In this document: piece by piece, positions 39,157 through 49,380 of the stretch
Layout of the letters: each line of letters opens with the position of its first letter
How positions within the stretch are numbered: the stretch's first letter is position 1
NCBI GenBank assembly: GCA_963706575.1
Contig: CAVPNL010000012.1
Coordinates: forward strand, 32,001-96,000
Source of the DNA: an uncultured delta proteobacterium
Lineage (GTDB): Bacteria > Desulfobacterota > Desulfobacteria > Desulfobacterales > JAHEIW01
Direction of reading: 5' to 3'
DNA length: 64,000 nt
Translations under genes and position numbers: made by a program
The notes under the pieces: generated by a model
Seen by the model: only the letters and a program-made list of their open reading frames with translations
Told to the model about the DNA's origin: nothing
Database searches by the model: none

Positions 39157-39505
39157 TTATTCGAAGGGATATGGTTGGAGGTTTTAAATGTCCTGTATGT
39201 AGTATACCGCATGTAGCATGTCAATTGTTTTTACCGGATTATGCCCTAAAATGCATCATTTTTCTAAGATCTGTGAATTCAATTTCCGACATTAACAAAT
39301 TACGCGCTTTGACGCTTTAGTTACTTTCCTAATTTACCTCCTTTGCGGTTAAAAGGTTTGACATACGCGAAAAGCCGGAGGTAAATTTATGATCGCCATT
39401 TAGTAGGTGCATACAGAACTATTGGCAAAAGTCCACACCTGTCATCTCACGACAGCACCCATACAAGGAACCCTATTCTTAAAGAAGGGGTAAGATCGGG
39501 AAGAC

Positions 39506-40162
39506 GTGCAACGCGATCCAGAAAAAAAGGAAGCGAGATTCATTCGAACGTGTTTTTCAACTGTAGTTTGCAATGCCCTGGAAGTCGGGTGCGGTAACGG
39601 CCGCATGACCAGCGATCTGGCCCAGATTGCAGATAACCTGGTAGCGACAGATCCATATGTTGAAGAATTGAGGTCCGCGCGCCGTCGTGTTGAGATCCCT
39701 GTCAAGTTTGTAGTGGCCTTTGGAGAGTCACTTCCCATTGCGGCAAACAGCCTTGACCTGGTGGCCTTCACCCGCTCTCTGCACCACCAGGAGCCACATA
39801 AAGCCCTCAGTGAGGCGCGCCGTGTATTGAGAGAGGGCGGGCAGATTTTTATCCTTGAACCGATGGGCGATTCTCTGTTTGAAAGACTGTTCGCGGTCTT
39901 TGATGATGAATCCAGGAAGTTTAAACTGGCCGAGAAAGCCATAGACGAAAGCGGACTGAAGGTGTTTCGTTCAGGATCCATTAGGACTTGGTGGGTGTTT
40001 GAGGATTTTACAGAGATGACCGCCTACTTGTTCGACTACTTCGGCTTAGAGCTGGATAGGGAGAAAGAAAACAGTATGGCACAGATTCTGGGCGATCGTC
40101 GGGGGTTAGAACCGCTGCCCATCGAGTATACTACCCGCTTCTGGGTTCTTCGCGAGAGGTAG
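39506..40162 (+). CDS. Class I SAM-dependent methyltransferase
   Basis: LEVGCGNG, SLHH, ARRVLREGG. Confidence 0.85.
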   Translation: MQRDPEKKEARFIRTCFSTVVCNALEVGCGNGRMTSDLAQIADNLVATDPYVEELRSARRRVEIPVKFVVAFGESLPIAANSLDLVAFTRSLHHQEPHKALSEARRVLREGGQIFILEPMGDSLFERLFAVFDDESRKFKLAEKAIDESGLKVFRSGSIRTWWVFEDFTEMTAYLFDYFGLELDREKENSMAQILGDRRGLEPLPIEYTTRFWVLRER

Positions 40163-40239
40163 GAGTCTATCGTAATGCCGCGTACATTTGATATTCCAAT
40201 CCGCCCGCCGGAGTTTTGATTCTGTGGTCGGCGCCGGTG

Positions 40240-41022
40240 TCAGATACCCCAGCCGGCGTCGACGCTCACGTCTTGTCCGGTGATGTTGCGGCTGTCCTCG
40301 CTGACCAGAAAAAGGACGGCATTGGCCGTGTCTTGAGCTTCGGTGGTGCGTTCCAAGACCTGCGATTTTTCGTAATGTTGGTGGACTTCCTCGACGGTCC
40401 AACCCCACAGCTCCGCCTTGCGCTTGCAAAGCATCTCCATGCGCGGGCCCTCGACGGGACCAGGCAATACACAGTTGATGTTGATGTTGTACGGCCCGAC
40501 CTCAATGGCGATGGTGCGTGTTAGCCCGCGAATCGCCCACTTGGATGCACTGTATCCTGCCCGATTCTTGTACCCACGCAACCCGGCAGTGCTTCCGATT
40601 GTCACGATCTTCCCGCTTCTTTGGTCGATCATAGTGGGCAGTACGTACTTAATCGGCAGGAAGGTGCCGACGACGTTGACATCAAGCACCTCACGGAAAG
40701 CTGCGGGCTCGATATCCCATAGCGGCGTTTCGACAGGACCGGGAATGCCAGCCACGTTGACCAGTATGTCGATACGACCGCCAAATACCGACAATGTTCG
40801 TTTGACCATCGCAGCTACCTCAGAGTCATTCGTGACATCGGTACCAACGATTTCAACCCGGCGGCCCAGCGAACGAACTTCGCTGGCGACTTTTTCAAGG
40901 GCGTTGGTGTCACGGGAAGCGAGCACGAGATCGGCGCCTTCCCGGGCCAAAGTTAGACTGATGTCACGCCCCATGCCTTTGGCGCCGCCGGTGACGATCG
41001 AGACTTTGTTTTCCAGTTTCAT
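40240..41022 (-). CDS. Short-chain dehydrogenase/reductase (SDR)
   Basis: TGGAKGMG, NVAG, YSASK, ITGQ..SVDAG. Confidence 0.92.
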   Translation of the reverse strand: MKLENKVSIVTGGAKGMGRDISLTLAREGADLVLASRDTNALEKVASEVRSLGRRVEIVGTDVTNDSEVAAMVKRTLSVFGGRIDILVNVAGIPGPVETPLWDIEPAAFREVLDVNVVGTFLPIKYVLPTMIDQRSGKIVTIGSTAGLRGYKNRAGYSASKWAIRGLTRTIAIEVGPYNININCVLPGPVEGPRMEMLCKRKAELWGWTVEEVHQHYEKSQVLERTTEAQDTANAVLFLVSEDSRNITGQDVSVDAGWGI

Positions 41023-41365
41023 TGAGTGATCATTTCATACACCGAATTTGATGCTCCGGTCATCGGACTGACCGCGCTTTACTGTAACCAAAGTGGCGTT
41101 GCCCGCTTAAATTGACGTTGCTATGGCTGTAAGATAGGAAATTGATTTTTTAGCGCGGATTAATCGAAAAAACTTTAGACAAGATTTTATCTTATGAGAA
41201 CGGTGAATGTGTCAACAACAAATTTGAATCCATATTTTTTTGCTTTCACAATTCCTGTGATATCATATTGTCAATTGAAGTTCTAACTTGCTTTCCAATT
41301 CTGCCAATTCACATATAGGCCAGGGCAATTAAATAGTTGATGGGGATATAAAAAAGCGCTGACGA

Positions 41366-42607
41366 TCAGCCATTTGCCATTGCGCCTTTCAATGCCGGTT
41401 TCAGCAATGCGACCAGCACAAATCCAAGCATAGCGATCACGGTGCAGATCCAGATGGCTCCACCATATCCGCCAGTGACGTCAAAAACGTATCCTGCCAT
41501 AACCGGACCCAGGGCACCGCCAAACATACCGCTGAACATGGTGACGCCGAAAAGTGCTCCATGAGATTTTATCCCGAAAAATTCGGCTACGATGGGGGAA
41601 AAGGAAGTAAAAAATCCGCCGTGAGCAACGCCGTAGACGGCGGCAAAGAGATAAAGCATCCAAAGTTCGGTTGCAATTTGCAGCCACAAAAGCACGGCAA
41701 TCAGCAGGAAAAAACAAAAAATCATAACTCTTTTGCTGCCGATACGATCAATGGCAAACCCGCTGACAAATCGACCCGCCATGCTCACGCCGCCAATGGT
41801 AGAGAGCACGCTGGCGGCCCGGGTCGGAGAAATGTTGAGTTCCTGGGCATAGGGTGCAATGTGCACCATAATCGTCATGAGGCAAAAGACGATTGCCAGC
41901 ATGGCAGCGCACATCGTCCAGAACTGTCGGGTGCGTATGGCTTCGCGCAGGGAAAGGCCTTCAGTGTCCCAATCCGGCGCGTCCGTCGACCCGGCCGCAT
42001 TCCCATCGTGTGAAAGACCCATCCGGCTCGGGTCTCGCCTCAGCAGTTGCGCGATGGCAACAAGTATGATCAATACCGCCACACCGATGATGACACAGGA
42101 ACTGCGCCAGCCGTAGCGAATAATGAGGATGCTCACCAAAAAGGGGATAACCATCTGCCCGGCACCGGTGCCGACTTTGACGATGCCGGTTACAATTCCT
42201 CTTTTTCTGACAAACCAGCGTGCGATGGTGGTCAGGGCAATCACATCGACCGTACTCAGGCCGATGCCGAAAATGATTCCAAAGAACAGGTATAACTGCC
42301 ATATCGCTTCAAGCCTGGACATGAGAAAATAGCCCAGACCGAAGAAAACGCTGGAGACGGTCATCAGCGCCCGCGGCCCGAATCTGTCATTTAATCTGCC
42401 AACGCCAATGCCGAGAAAACCCATCAGTAAAAAAGCCAATGATGCGGCCCCGGAAATCGAGGCCCTTGACCAGCCAAACTCATCGATCAACGGATTGAAC
42501 AACACGCCATAAGAAAAATAGGTGCCGATACCAACGGCCTGGATGCCGAAACACGTGGCCGCAATGACATGCCCATATAGATTTTTACCTTTTGGGTCCT
42601 TACCCAT
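41366..42607 (-). CDS. MFS transporter (MCT/OFA-like)
   Basis: About 12 TM helices; GRLNDRFGPR, WFVRKRG, IDRIG. Confidence 0.9.
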   Translation of the reverse strand: MGKDPKGKNLYGHVIAATCFGIQAVGIGTYFSYGVLFNPLIDEFGWSRASISGAASLAFLLMGFLGIGVGRLNDRFGPRALMTVSSVFFGLGYFLMSRLEAIWQLYLFFGIIFGIGLSTVDVIALTTIARWFVRKRGIVTGIVKVGTGAGQMVIPFLVSILIIRYGWRSSCVIIGVAVLIILVAIAQLLRRDPSRMGLSHDGNAAGSTDAPDWDTEGLSLREAIRTRQFWTMCAAMLAIVFCLMTIMVHIAPYAQELNISPTRAASVLSTIGGVSMAGRFVSGFAIDRIGSKRVMIFCFFLLIAVLLWLQIATELWMLYLFAAVYGVAHGGFFTSFSPIVAEFFGIKSHGALFGVTMFSGMFGGALGPVMAGYVFDVTGGYGGAIWICTVIAMLGFVLVALLKPALKGAMANG

Positions 42608-42745
42608 AAACAGAATTCCTCAACCGAAATGGTGTTTGAATCGGAAAGGGAAAAGAGGTTTTAGTTTAATCTTGTTGCAATGTAAAACGTGCTACTATTT
42701 TGAAACGAAAAAGGCCTGGCGAGTCAAACTAGCCTGCCCTGCCGT

Positions 42746-43030
42746 TCATAAGCCATTGCAGCCGAGCAACGCTTCAATGCCGGCGCCGGTCTTAATAAGG
42801 GCTTCCTTTTTATGTCTGGGCAGGCGCTTGACTTGGTGTTCCACTTTCAAAGCCCGCCCTTTTTCCCCGACCTGTTTTTTAAAAACCAGTTTCAGGGGAG
42901 CGCGTCCACGAAGGTATTTTGCGCCCTTGCTGGCCAGATGATCGGCAATTCGGCGTTCAACATCGGTGGCAATACCCGTATACAGGCTGCCGTCGCGGCA
43001 TTTTAGGATATAGACGTACCAGTCAGGCAT
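42746..43030 (-). CDS. Small GIY-YIG nuclease (UPF0213/YhbQ-like)
   Basis: WYVYIL.C.DGSLYTGIATDVERR..H..KGAKY. Confidence 0.9.
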   Translation of the reverse strand: MPDWYVYILKCRDGSLYTGIATDVERRIADHLASKGAKYLRGRAPLKLVFKKQVGEKGRALKVEHQVKRLPRHKKEALIKTGAGIEALLGCNGL

Positions 43031-43038
43031 CAGATAGC

Positions 43039-43521
43039 TTAAGAAGAGCAGGCACAGCCGCTGCCGCACCCCGCCGGTTCCTGGGTCGCCGTGGCGCTGA
43101 TGCCGACAACCTCGATATCAAAGGTCAGCGTCTGGCCGGCCAGGGGGTGATTCAGGTCTACGACCACTTTTTCATCATCCATCTCGGTAATCAGAGCCGG
43201 AACCTGCTGCCCTTCCGGCGAGGAAAGCGCCACTGTCTGGCCCACTTCGGGATTGATTTCGGCGGGAACGTCCGACCGGGGAAAAGAATGGGTAAGGCTT
43301 TCGTCTTTCTGCCCGTAAGCGTCCTCAGGTTCGAGGGTGAAAACCTTTTTTTCGTTTAAAGACATGCCCATCAGCGCATTTTCAAACCCTGAGATGATCT
43401 GCCCTTCGCCGATTTGCACTTCCAGGGGATGACGCCCCTCGCTGGTATCGAACACTTCTCCGTTTTGCAATGTTCCTTTATAATGCACACTGACAAACTG
43501 TCCGGTTTCAACTTTTTCCAT
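43039..43521 (-). CDS. slyD: FKBP-type peptidyl-prolyl isomerase (SlyD-like)
   Basis: VSVHYKGTL..GEVFDTS, PEDAYG, DLNHPLAGQTLTF, Cys-rich tail GCGSGCAC. Confidence 0.85.
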   Translation of the reverse strand: MEKVETGQFVSVHYKGTLQNGEVFDTSEGRHPLEVQIGEGQIISGFENALMGMSLNEKKVFTLEPEDAYGQKDESLTHSFPRSDVPAEINPEVGQTVALSSPEGQQVPALITEMDDEKVVVDLNHPLAGQTLTFDIEVVGISATATQEPAGCGSGCACSS

Positions 43522-43582
43522 CGCAATCTCCTTCAATTGAATTGATAACCTGTGAACTTAATTAAATTTAAAAAATATTTCC

Positions 43583-43666
43583 CTTCGTGAACTTTGTGCC
43601 TTCGTGGTAAAATTTTTGTAGCTCGAAAAGGGATATTAACCACAAAGACACGAAGGGCACAAAGTA
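43583..43666. repeat. Inverted pair of REP-like units
   Basis: cttcgtgaactttgtgccttcgtggtaa ... ttaaccacaaagacacgaagggcacaaag. Confidence 0.75.
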
Positions 43667-43779
43667 GGTTAATAATCACACAAGTCAAGTTTTAATTAAA
43701 GATTGCCTTTACAATTGGGATATACACTGATACAGTGCGCCGCTTAAAAATCGAAAACAGGAATAATCTAAGATAATTT

Positions 43780-45366
43780 ATGGATAGTTACAATCAAAAA
43801 GAAATTAACCGCAGAAGAACCTTCGGTATCATCAGCCATCCGGATGCCGGTAAGACCACGCTGACGGAAAAGCTGCTTCTTTTCGGCGGCGCGATCCAGC
43901 AGGCCGGGGCTGTCAAGGCAAAGGGTGCCGCGCGGCATGCCACCAGTGACTGGATGTCAATTGAAAAGGAACGCGGCATCTCGGTGACAACTTCGGTCAT
44001 GAAATTCAATTACAGGGATTTTGAGATTAATCTTCTCGACACTCCGGGCCACCAGGACTTTTCAGAAGATACCTACCGGGTGCTGACCGCCGTCGACAGC
44101 AGTCTGATGGTGATCGACCATGCCAAGGGCGTGGAACCCCAGACCGAAAAGCTGATGGAAGTCTGCCGCAACCGCAATACCCCCATCATGACATTCATCA
44201 ACAAACTTGACCGCGAGGGTATGACACCGCTGGATATCCTGGATGACATTGAAAACAAACTGCAGATCGAATGCACGCCGTTTTCCTGGCCGATCGGCAT
44301 GGGCAAACGCTTTAAGGGGGTATATAACCTTTTTCACAAACAGCTGCACCTGTTCAGACCCGGCGCCGACACGCGCCAACAGGAAGGCGTCGTTATTCAG
44401 AATTTGTCTGATCCTGCACTCGATCAACTTCTTGGCAGCCAGGCGGATGAGCTGCGGGCAGACATCGAGCTGATCGAGTGCGCCGTCAATCCGTTTGAGA
44501 TCAGCGATTATCTAAAAGGAAGTCAGACGCCGGTCTTTTTCGGAAGCGCCATTAATAATTTCGGCGTTCAGGAGATGCTGGATGCTTTTGTCGAAATGGC
44601 GCCTGCGCCGGGTTCGCGCGCTGCCGTCTCCCGCGAAGTTTCGCCATATGAAAAATCGTTTTCGGGTTTTACCTTTAAAATACAGGCTAATATGAACCCG
44701 GCCCACCGGGACCGCATTGCGTTTGTCCGGATCTGTTCGGGAAAATTCAGCAGGGGGATGAAGGTCATCCACCACCGGATCGGAAAAGAGGTCGCCCTGG
44801 CCAATGCCACCATCTTCATGGCGCAGGACCGCGAGAATGTGGAAGAGGCATTTCCCGGAGACATTATCGGCATTCACAACCACGGAACCATAAAAATAGG
44901 CGATACGTTTACCGAAAAAGAGGTTTTGAAATTCAGCGGCATCCCCAATTTTGCACCCGAACATTTCAGACGCATTCGCCTGCGGAATCCGCTAAAAGTC
45001 AAACATCTTCACAAAGGATTGACCCAGCTGGCCGAAGAAGGCGCTGTCCAGGTTTTTCGGCCGGTTACGGGCAGTGACTATATCCTGGGAGCGGTCGGCG
45101 TGCTCCAGTTCGACGTAACCATGGCCCGGCTCAAGGCAGAATATGGCGTGGATGCCGTATATGAACCGGTGGATTTTACGGTGGCCCGCTGGGTCGGCTG
45201 CGATGACCGCAAAAAAATGGCTGAATTTGAGAAAAGCAATATCGCCAACCTGGCCAGAGATGCCGAGGGACGTCTGTCTTTTCTGGCAACCAGTGAATGG
45301 CGGCTCGGCTACTGCATGGAGCAATGGCCGGATGTAGCATTTTTTAAGGCACGCGATATTAATTGA
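43780..45366 (+). CDS. prfC: Peptide chain release factor 3
   Basis: [57 protein letters not shown]...HRDR. Confidence 0.97.
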   Translation: MDSYNQKEINRRRTFGIISHPDAGKTTLTEKLLLFGGAIQQAGAVKAKGAARHATSDWMSIEKERGISVTTSVMKFNYRDFEINLLDTPGHQDFSEDTYRVLTAVDSSLMVIDHAKGVEPQTEKLMEVCRNRNTPIMTFINKLDREGMTPLDILDDIENKLQIECTPFSWPIGMGKRFKGVYNLFHKQLHLFRPGADTRQQEGVVIQNLSDPALDQLLGSQADELRADIELIECAVNPFEISDYLKGSQTPVFFGSAINNFGVQEMLDAFVEMAPAPGSRAAVSREVSPYEKSFSGFTFKIQANMNPAHRDRIAFVRICSGKFSRGMKVIHHRIGKEVALANATIFMAQDRENVEEAFPGDIIGIHNHGTIKIGDTFTEKEVLKFSGIPNFAPEHFRRIRLRNPLKVKHLHKGLTQLAEEGAVQVFRPVTGSDYILGAVGVLQFDVTMARLKAEYGVDAVYEPVDFTVARWVGCDDRKKMAEFEKSNIANLARDAEGRLSFLATSEWRLGYCMEQWPDVAFFKARDIN

Positions 45367-45392
45367 TCGAGGGGCGCACGAGGAGAAGTGGC

Positions 45393-45478
45393 TCACGCAA
45401 AGCCGCAAAGGGCGCAAAGATAAGGTTAAACGAGTTTAAAAAATATCTTCCTTTGTGAGCTTTGTACCTTTGTGGTGA
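45393..45478. repeat. REP-like short-period inverted arms
   Basis: ctcacgcaaagccgcaaagggcgcaaag ... ctttgtgagctttgtacctttgtggtga. Confidence 0.7.
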
Positions 45479-45500
45479 GAAATATAAAGGAAAAAATATA

Positions 45501-46571
45501 ATGAATATCGGACTTATCGGTCTACCGAATTCGGGAAAAACGACCATCTTCAATGCCCTGGCCAAATTTGAGGCCCAGGTTTCATCGTACGCCAATTCCA
45601 AATCGGAGCCCAACCGTGCGATGCTGGAAGTTGCAGATGAGCGCGTTGCGACCCTTTCTGACATGTATCATCCGCAGAAAACCACCTTTGCGGCCATCGA
45701 ACTGATTGATTTTCCGGGGCTGACCCAGGGCGCTGCCAGGGAAGGTCTTTTCTCCAGTTCTTCGATGGGGATGATAAAGACTACCGACGCACTTGCCCTG
45801 ATCGTACAAAATTTCCCGGACGGTCTGACGGACCTCCCCACGCCGCTGCAGGATATCGAACAGCTTGAAGACGAGCTATTGATTTCGGATCTGATCATCG
45901 CTGAAAATCGATTGGAACGAATCGAAAAAGCCGGCCGGCGGGGAAAAAAAACAAATCTTCTTGAAATCGAAGAAAAAATTCTGAAGAAGATTATCGACCA
46001 TTTGAGCAGCAATCGAGCCATCCGCGATCTGAAATTAGAGGGCGAGTCTGAAAAGATGATCCGCGGGTTTCAGTTCCTGACGCAAAAACCGGTCATGATT
46101 ATCGTAAACTCTGATGAAAACAATTTTGGCAAGAACCAGGAACTGTTGCAGGAAATCGAGAAGAGATACCGGGTTATTGAATTTGCAGGCAAATTCGAGA
46201 TGGAATTATCACAGCTAAATGATCAGGATGAAATAGCGCTCTTTCTGGCGGATATGGGTATTAATGAATCCGCCAAGGATCGATTGTGCACCGCCGCCTA
46301 TGAACTGCTGGGCTATATCAGTTTTTTCACGGTGGGCTCCGATGAGGTTCGCGCCTGGAGCCTGCGACAAGGTGAGAGCGTATTAGCAGCGGCCGGTACC
46401 ATTCATACCGATCTTGCACGGGGTTTCATCAGAGCGGAATGCTTCTCATATGATGATCTGATTGCGCATGGATCTGAAAAACATGTTAGTGAAAAGGGTC
46501 TGATGCGCCTCGAAGGTCGGAAATACGTCGTTCAGGATGGCAACGTACTGAATATCCGGTTTAATGTGTAA
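45501..46571 (+). CDS. ychF: YchF/Obg-like ATPase
   Basis: GLIGLPNSGKTTIFNAL, DFPGL, FFTVGSDEVRAW, AAGTIHTDL.RGFIRAE, RLEGRKYVVQDG. Confidence 0.9.
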   Translation: MNIGLIGLPNSGKTTIFNALAKFEAQVSSYANSKSEPNRAMLEVADERVATLSDMYHPQKTTFAAIELIDFPGLTQGAAREGLFSSSSMGMIKTTDALALIVQNFPDGLTDLPTPLQDIEQLEDELLISDLIIAENRLERIEKAGRRGKKTNLLEIEEKILKKIIDHLSSNRAIRDLKLEGESEKMIRGFQFLTQKPVMIIVNSDENNFGKNQELLQEIEKRYRVIEFAGKFEMELSQLNDQDEIALFLADMGINESAKDRLCTAAYELLGYISFFTVGSDEVRAWSLRQGESVLAAAGTIHTDLARGFIRAECFSYDDLIAHGSEKHVSEKGLMRLEGRKYVVQDGNVLNIRFNV

Positions 46572-46589
46572 AGGTCCTCCGGGTTCAGA

Positions 46590-46635
46590 GGTTTGGGGCT
46601 TCGCGCTCCGCGCTACGGCCCCACAAGCAGGGTTA
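46590..46635 (+). repeat. 46-bp palindromic repeat, copy 1
   Basis: GGTTTGGGGCTTCGCGCTCCGCGCTACGGCCCCACAAGCAGGGTTA; 45/46 identical to 55527-55572. Confidence 0.85.
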
Positions 46636-46667
46636 TTCGATTTTTTCATTAGCAGGTTACCCTAAAT

Positions 46668-47324
46668 ATGCAAAATACCATTGAGATTTACTGGAAACAG
46701 AGGTTAGAAAAATGTAGAAATGCTTTAGAAAATAACAATTTTGATGCTTATCTCGCAGAAGATTCTCTCGAAGCCAATCAAATTATTATTAAAGAAATTA
46801 TTCCAAAAATAGATGTAAAAAGTGCTTCTTGGGGAGACTCTATGACGCTTCACTCAACTGGTGTTTTAAACGCACTTAGAAAAATTCCTGACATCCATGT
46901 CATCGAAACATTTGCGGGCGGTGTGCCTCGAGAAGAAATTCTGGAACGTCGCAGACAGGCTTTATTGGTTGATTTGTTTTTTAGCGGAAGCAATGCGCTT
47001 ACAGAAACTGGCAAGTTAGTGAACCTTGATATGGTTGGTAATCGTATTGCCGGTATTGTTTTTGGCCCACAACATGTCATCATTACTGTGGGTAGAAATA
47101 AAATCGTATCAGATGTTGAAGAAGCAATGAAACGTATCAAAAATTATGCTGCACCACTTAACGCTATCAGGCACACCGACTTTAAAACTCCATGTAAAAA
47201 AACTTCTTATTGTATGGATTGTAAAAGCCCTGACCGTATCTGTAACACTTGGACGATAACCGAAAAATCCTACCCAAAAGGCAGAATAAAGGTTCTTATC
47301 ATTAACAAAGATCTTGGATTGTAA
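46668..47324 (+). CDS. LUD-domain (lactate utilization) protein
   Basis: WGDSMTL, GSNALTETG.LVNLD..GNR, GRNKIV, C...C..C...ICN. Confidence 0.85.
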   Translation: MQNTIEIYWKQRLEKCRNALENNNFDAYLAEDSLEANQIIIKEIIPKIDVKSASWGDSMTLHSTGVLNALRKIPDIHVIETFAGGVPREEILERRRQALLVDLFFSGSNALTETGKLVNLDMVGNRIAGIVFGPQHVIITVGRNKIVSDVEEAMKRIKNYAAPLNAIRHTDFKTPCKKTSYCMDCKSPDRICNTWTITEKSYPKGRIKVLIINKDLGL

Positions 47325-47335
47325 AAAGGGACCAT

Positions 47336-47481
47336 TACAACCCATCTCAAAAATGTCTTTTGGCCCCATATCTTTGTTGGTGCCTCGCTTTAAATCCTCA
47401 ACATACAACATTATGCTTCCGGTTTAAAACTCGGCCCCGCCGCGATATTGAACCAAAATCCTATTTTTGAAATGGGTTCTA
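47336..47481. mobile_element. 146-bp MITE, copy 1
   Basis: TIRs TACAACCCATCTCAAAAAT / ATTTTTGAAATGGGTTCTA. Same length as, and highly similar to, 54313-54458. Confidence 0.85.
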
Positions 47482-47540
47482 ATATCTGTATTTTTTAAAA
47501 CAACTGCTGGTTCGCCCACCCTTAGGGGATAGGTCAGTTC

Positions 47541-48026
47541 CTAATTGTCTGCCAGGGAGATCTCTGTTTTATTCACCGGAAAATCTTGCAGCTTTTTGAT
47601 ATGGCTGTTCTCTTCGGCAATGATCTTTGCTATATTTTCCAGGGTGCCATTATCTTCGATAAAAGGTAACAGGGTCTCGTAAAACAGGATGGTATCCTTT
47701 TCAAATTCTATAAAAATGGCGATCAAATCATCCAGACGATCTACCCTGGAAAAGTCAACGTCCCTGTGAGAGAAACTCTCGTCGCCCAGTATCCCGCCAA
47801 AAACCTTCCGGCCCATCTCTTCCATAAAGGGATTGATGGAATGCGTTTCAAAATTCTTTTTCACCTCAGAAAACCAGCGCCTATGCTGGGCCTCTTCATC
47901 TGCCATCCATAGCAGTAAAGAAACCAGATCGGGTTTTGTGACCTTAGCGACCGCTTTGCGGTAAACCGATTCGCCATTTTTTTCCAGCTGAATTGCCAGA
48001 TCCAGAATTTCGAGCACGGAAAACAT
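47541..48026 (-). CDS. Ferritin-like/rubrerythrin-family diiron protein
   Basis: AIQLEKNG..VY, MADEEAQH, EFEKDTILFY, IIAEENSH. Confidence 0.85.
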   Translation of the reverse strand: MFSVLEILDLAIQLEKNGESVYRKAVAKVTKPDLVSLLLWMADEEAQHRRWFSEVKKNFETHSINPFMEEMGRKVFGGILGDESFSHRDVDFSRVDRLDDLIAIFIEFEKDTILFYETLLPFIEDNGTLENIAKIIAEENSHIKKLQDFPVNKTEISLADN

Positions 48027-48114
48027 GGGCTTCCTCTTTTCTTGGTGTTTTTATGATTGTTAAAAATGTAACAGTAGAAAAAAAGGAAAGCAATAAAAAC
48101 CATGAAGAAGTCAG

Positions 48115-48152
48115 AACCCCGCCTCCCATCGGCAGATGAAAAGCGGGGTTTT
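48115..48152. terminator. Hairpin/terminator between 48179-48586 and the ferritin-like gene
   Basis: AACCCCGCCTCCCATC-GGCA-GATGAAAAGCGGGGTT. Confidence 0.55.
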
Positions 48153-48178
48153 GGTTTTCGGTTGGTAAATATCGAAGA

Positions 48179-48586
48179 TTAACTTTTGTCTGTCGAACAG
48201 CAGCTTGACCCCGATGATTGGCCACAGCCTGAACCCGACGATTGGCTTCGGGTTAACTGCTTGAGCTCGCTGTCATAAATGGTCACCTTTGATAAAACAC
48301 GGGCGTTATTAAACCAGGCCCGATACTGATCTTGTTTGTCATAATCGCTGGCGGCCCCGCCGAGTACTTTTTCATTCAGATAGCTGTTGAGAAGCACCTG
48401 GTTTTCAGCAGCCGGTTCAACGGCTGTTTTTACGCTAGGTGTCGGGTTGGATTCAGTTGCGGCCGGATTTGAATTTGTGGCCTGAACTCGATTGTGCGTA
48501 AAAACAAAAATGCTTACGGCAATGAATGCCAGCAAGGGAAGTATGATAACGATTTTATTGGCAGCAATCCATTTAAACAATCTCAT
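48179..48586 (-). CDS. Membrane-anchored hypothetical protein with Cys-rich C-terminal tail
   Basis: GGAGG RBS, N-terminal TM helix, ends GSGCGQSSGSSCCSTDKS. Confidence 0.7.
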   Translation of the reverse strand: MRLFKWIAANKIVIILPLLAFIAVSIFVFTHNRVQATNSNPAATESNPTPSVKTAVEPAAENQVLLNSYLNEKVLGGAASDYDKQDQYRAWFNNARVLSKVTIYDSELKQLTRSQSSGSGCGQSSGSSCCSTDKS

Positions 48587-49138
48587 TTCTTAAAACCTCC
48601 TCTTCAAAAACACATATGACAGTAAAATTGATATCATCTGTGCGATCAGGGCAAATGCAAATGTTGTATAGATAAGGAAAAAACCGGCAGGATCAAAATT
48701 GAGTGCTCCAAATTAGGTTCTGAGATTCTTGTAGATATTTATTTTATTATACCCTACTAAAATGGTCAAGTATAATATGCTAATTTGTGTCCGAAATTTG
48801 GGGTGAAATCAACAAAAATACCCCCACTTTTCGAAAAAAAATGGAGGGTTTTGATAATTCTACGGATGTCAAATTACAAAATGATGATTGAATTTATAAC
48901 CTTAGCGCTTAACGCGCTTGATGCGGTGGCAATTTATTTCATATGAATGTGCAACACATTACATATATCATTGAAATTATTAAAATTATTGACAAGGCCC
49001 GTATAAATTTTATATTGTTCTGGACTGAATTCCCCCAGAATTGCTGTCGCAGTCGCAACAACGATTCATAACCAAGTTCCCCAATCATTCAGATTTTCAT
49101 ACAACACAAGACCAGCGAGTGGAGATAGTTTATTAAAC

Positions 49139-49345
49139 ATGCACCACCCAAACACAAAAACAGTAGCCCGCCTGCCGCACAGAAAATTGCTATCAAAAAA
49201 TAATTCGCCCTTGAAACACCATGCAATAGATCGCCGCTCGGGAAAAGATCGGCGCAGATCGTGCGACACCAAGTATTTTCTAAACGGCGGAATTGAAAGA
49301 AGGAGTTGGAGGGAAAGAAGATTTTTATGGTATATGACGGAATAG
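49139..49345 (+). CDS. Small Arg-rich protein with DRRS..DRR repeats
   Basis: IDRRSGKDRR...YFLNGGIERRSWRERR; similar to 55759-55962. Confidence 0.6.
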   Translation: MHHPNTKTVARLPHRKLLSKNNSPLKHHAIDRRSGKDRRRSCDTKYFLNGGIERRSWRERRFLWYMTE

Positions 49346-49380
49346 GCCAGTGTCTTTTTTGATGATTCTTGTAAAATCAA

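Noticed and set aside
40418..41029. Long antisense ORFs (for example 40418-41029, 8157-8759, 24765-25316, 39442-39981)
   Set aside because: They are shadow frames of well-supported genes on the opposite strand and have no recognisable motifs.
42746..43030. GIY-YIG gene as a homing endonuclease or mobile intron
   Set aside because: It is the short stand-alone UPF0213 type with no DNA-binding extension and no interrupted host gene.
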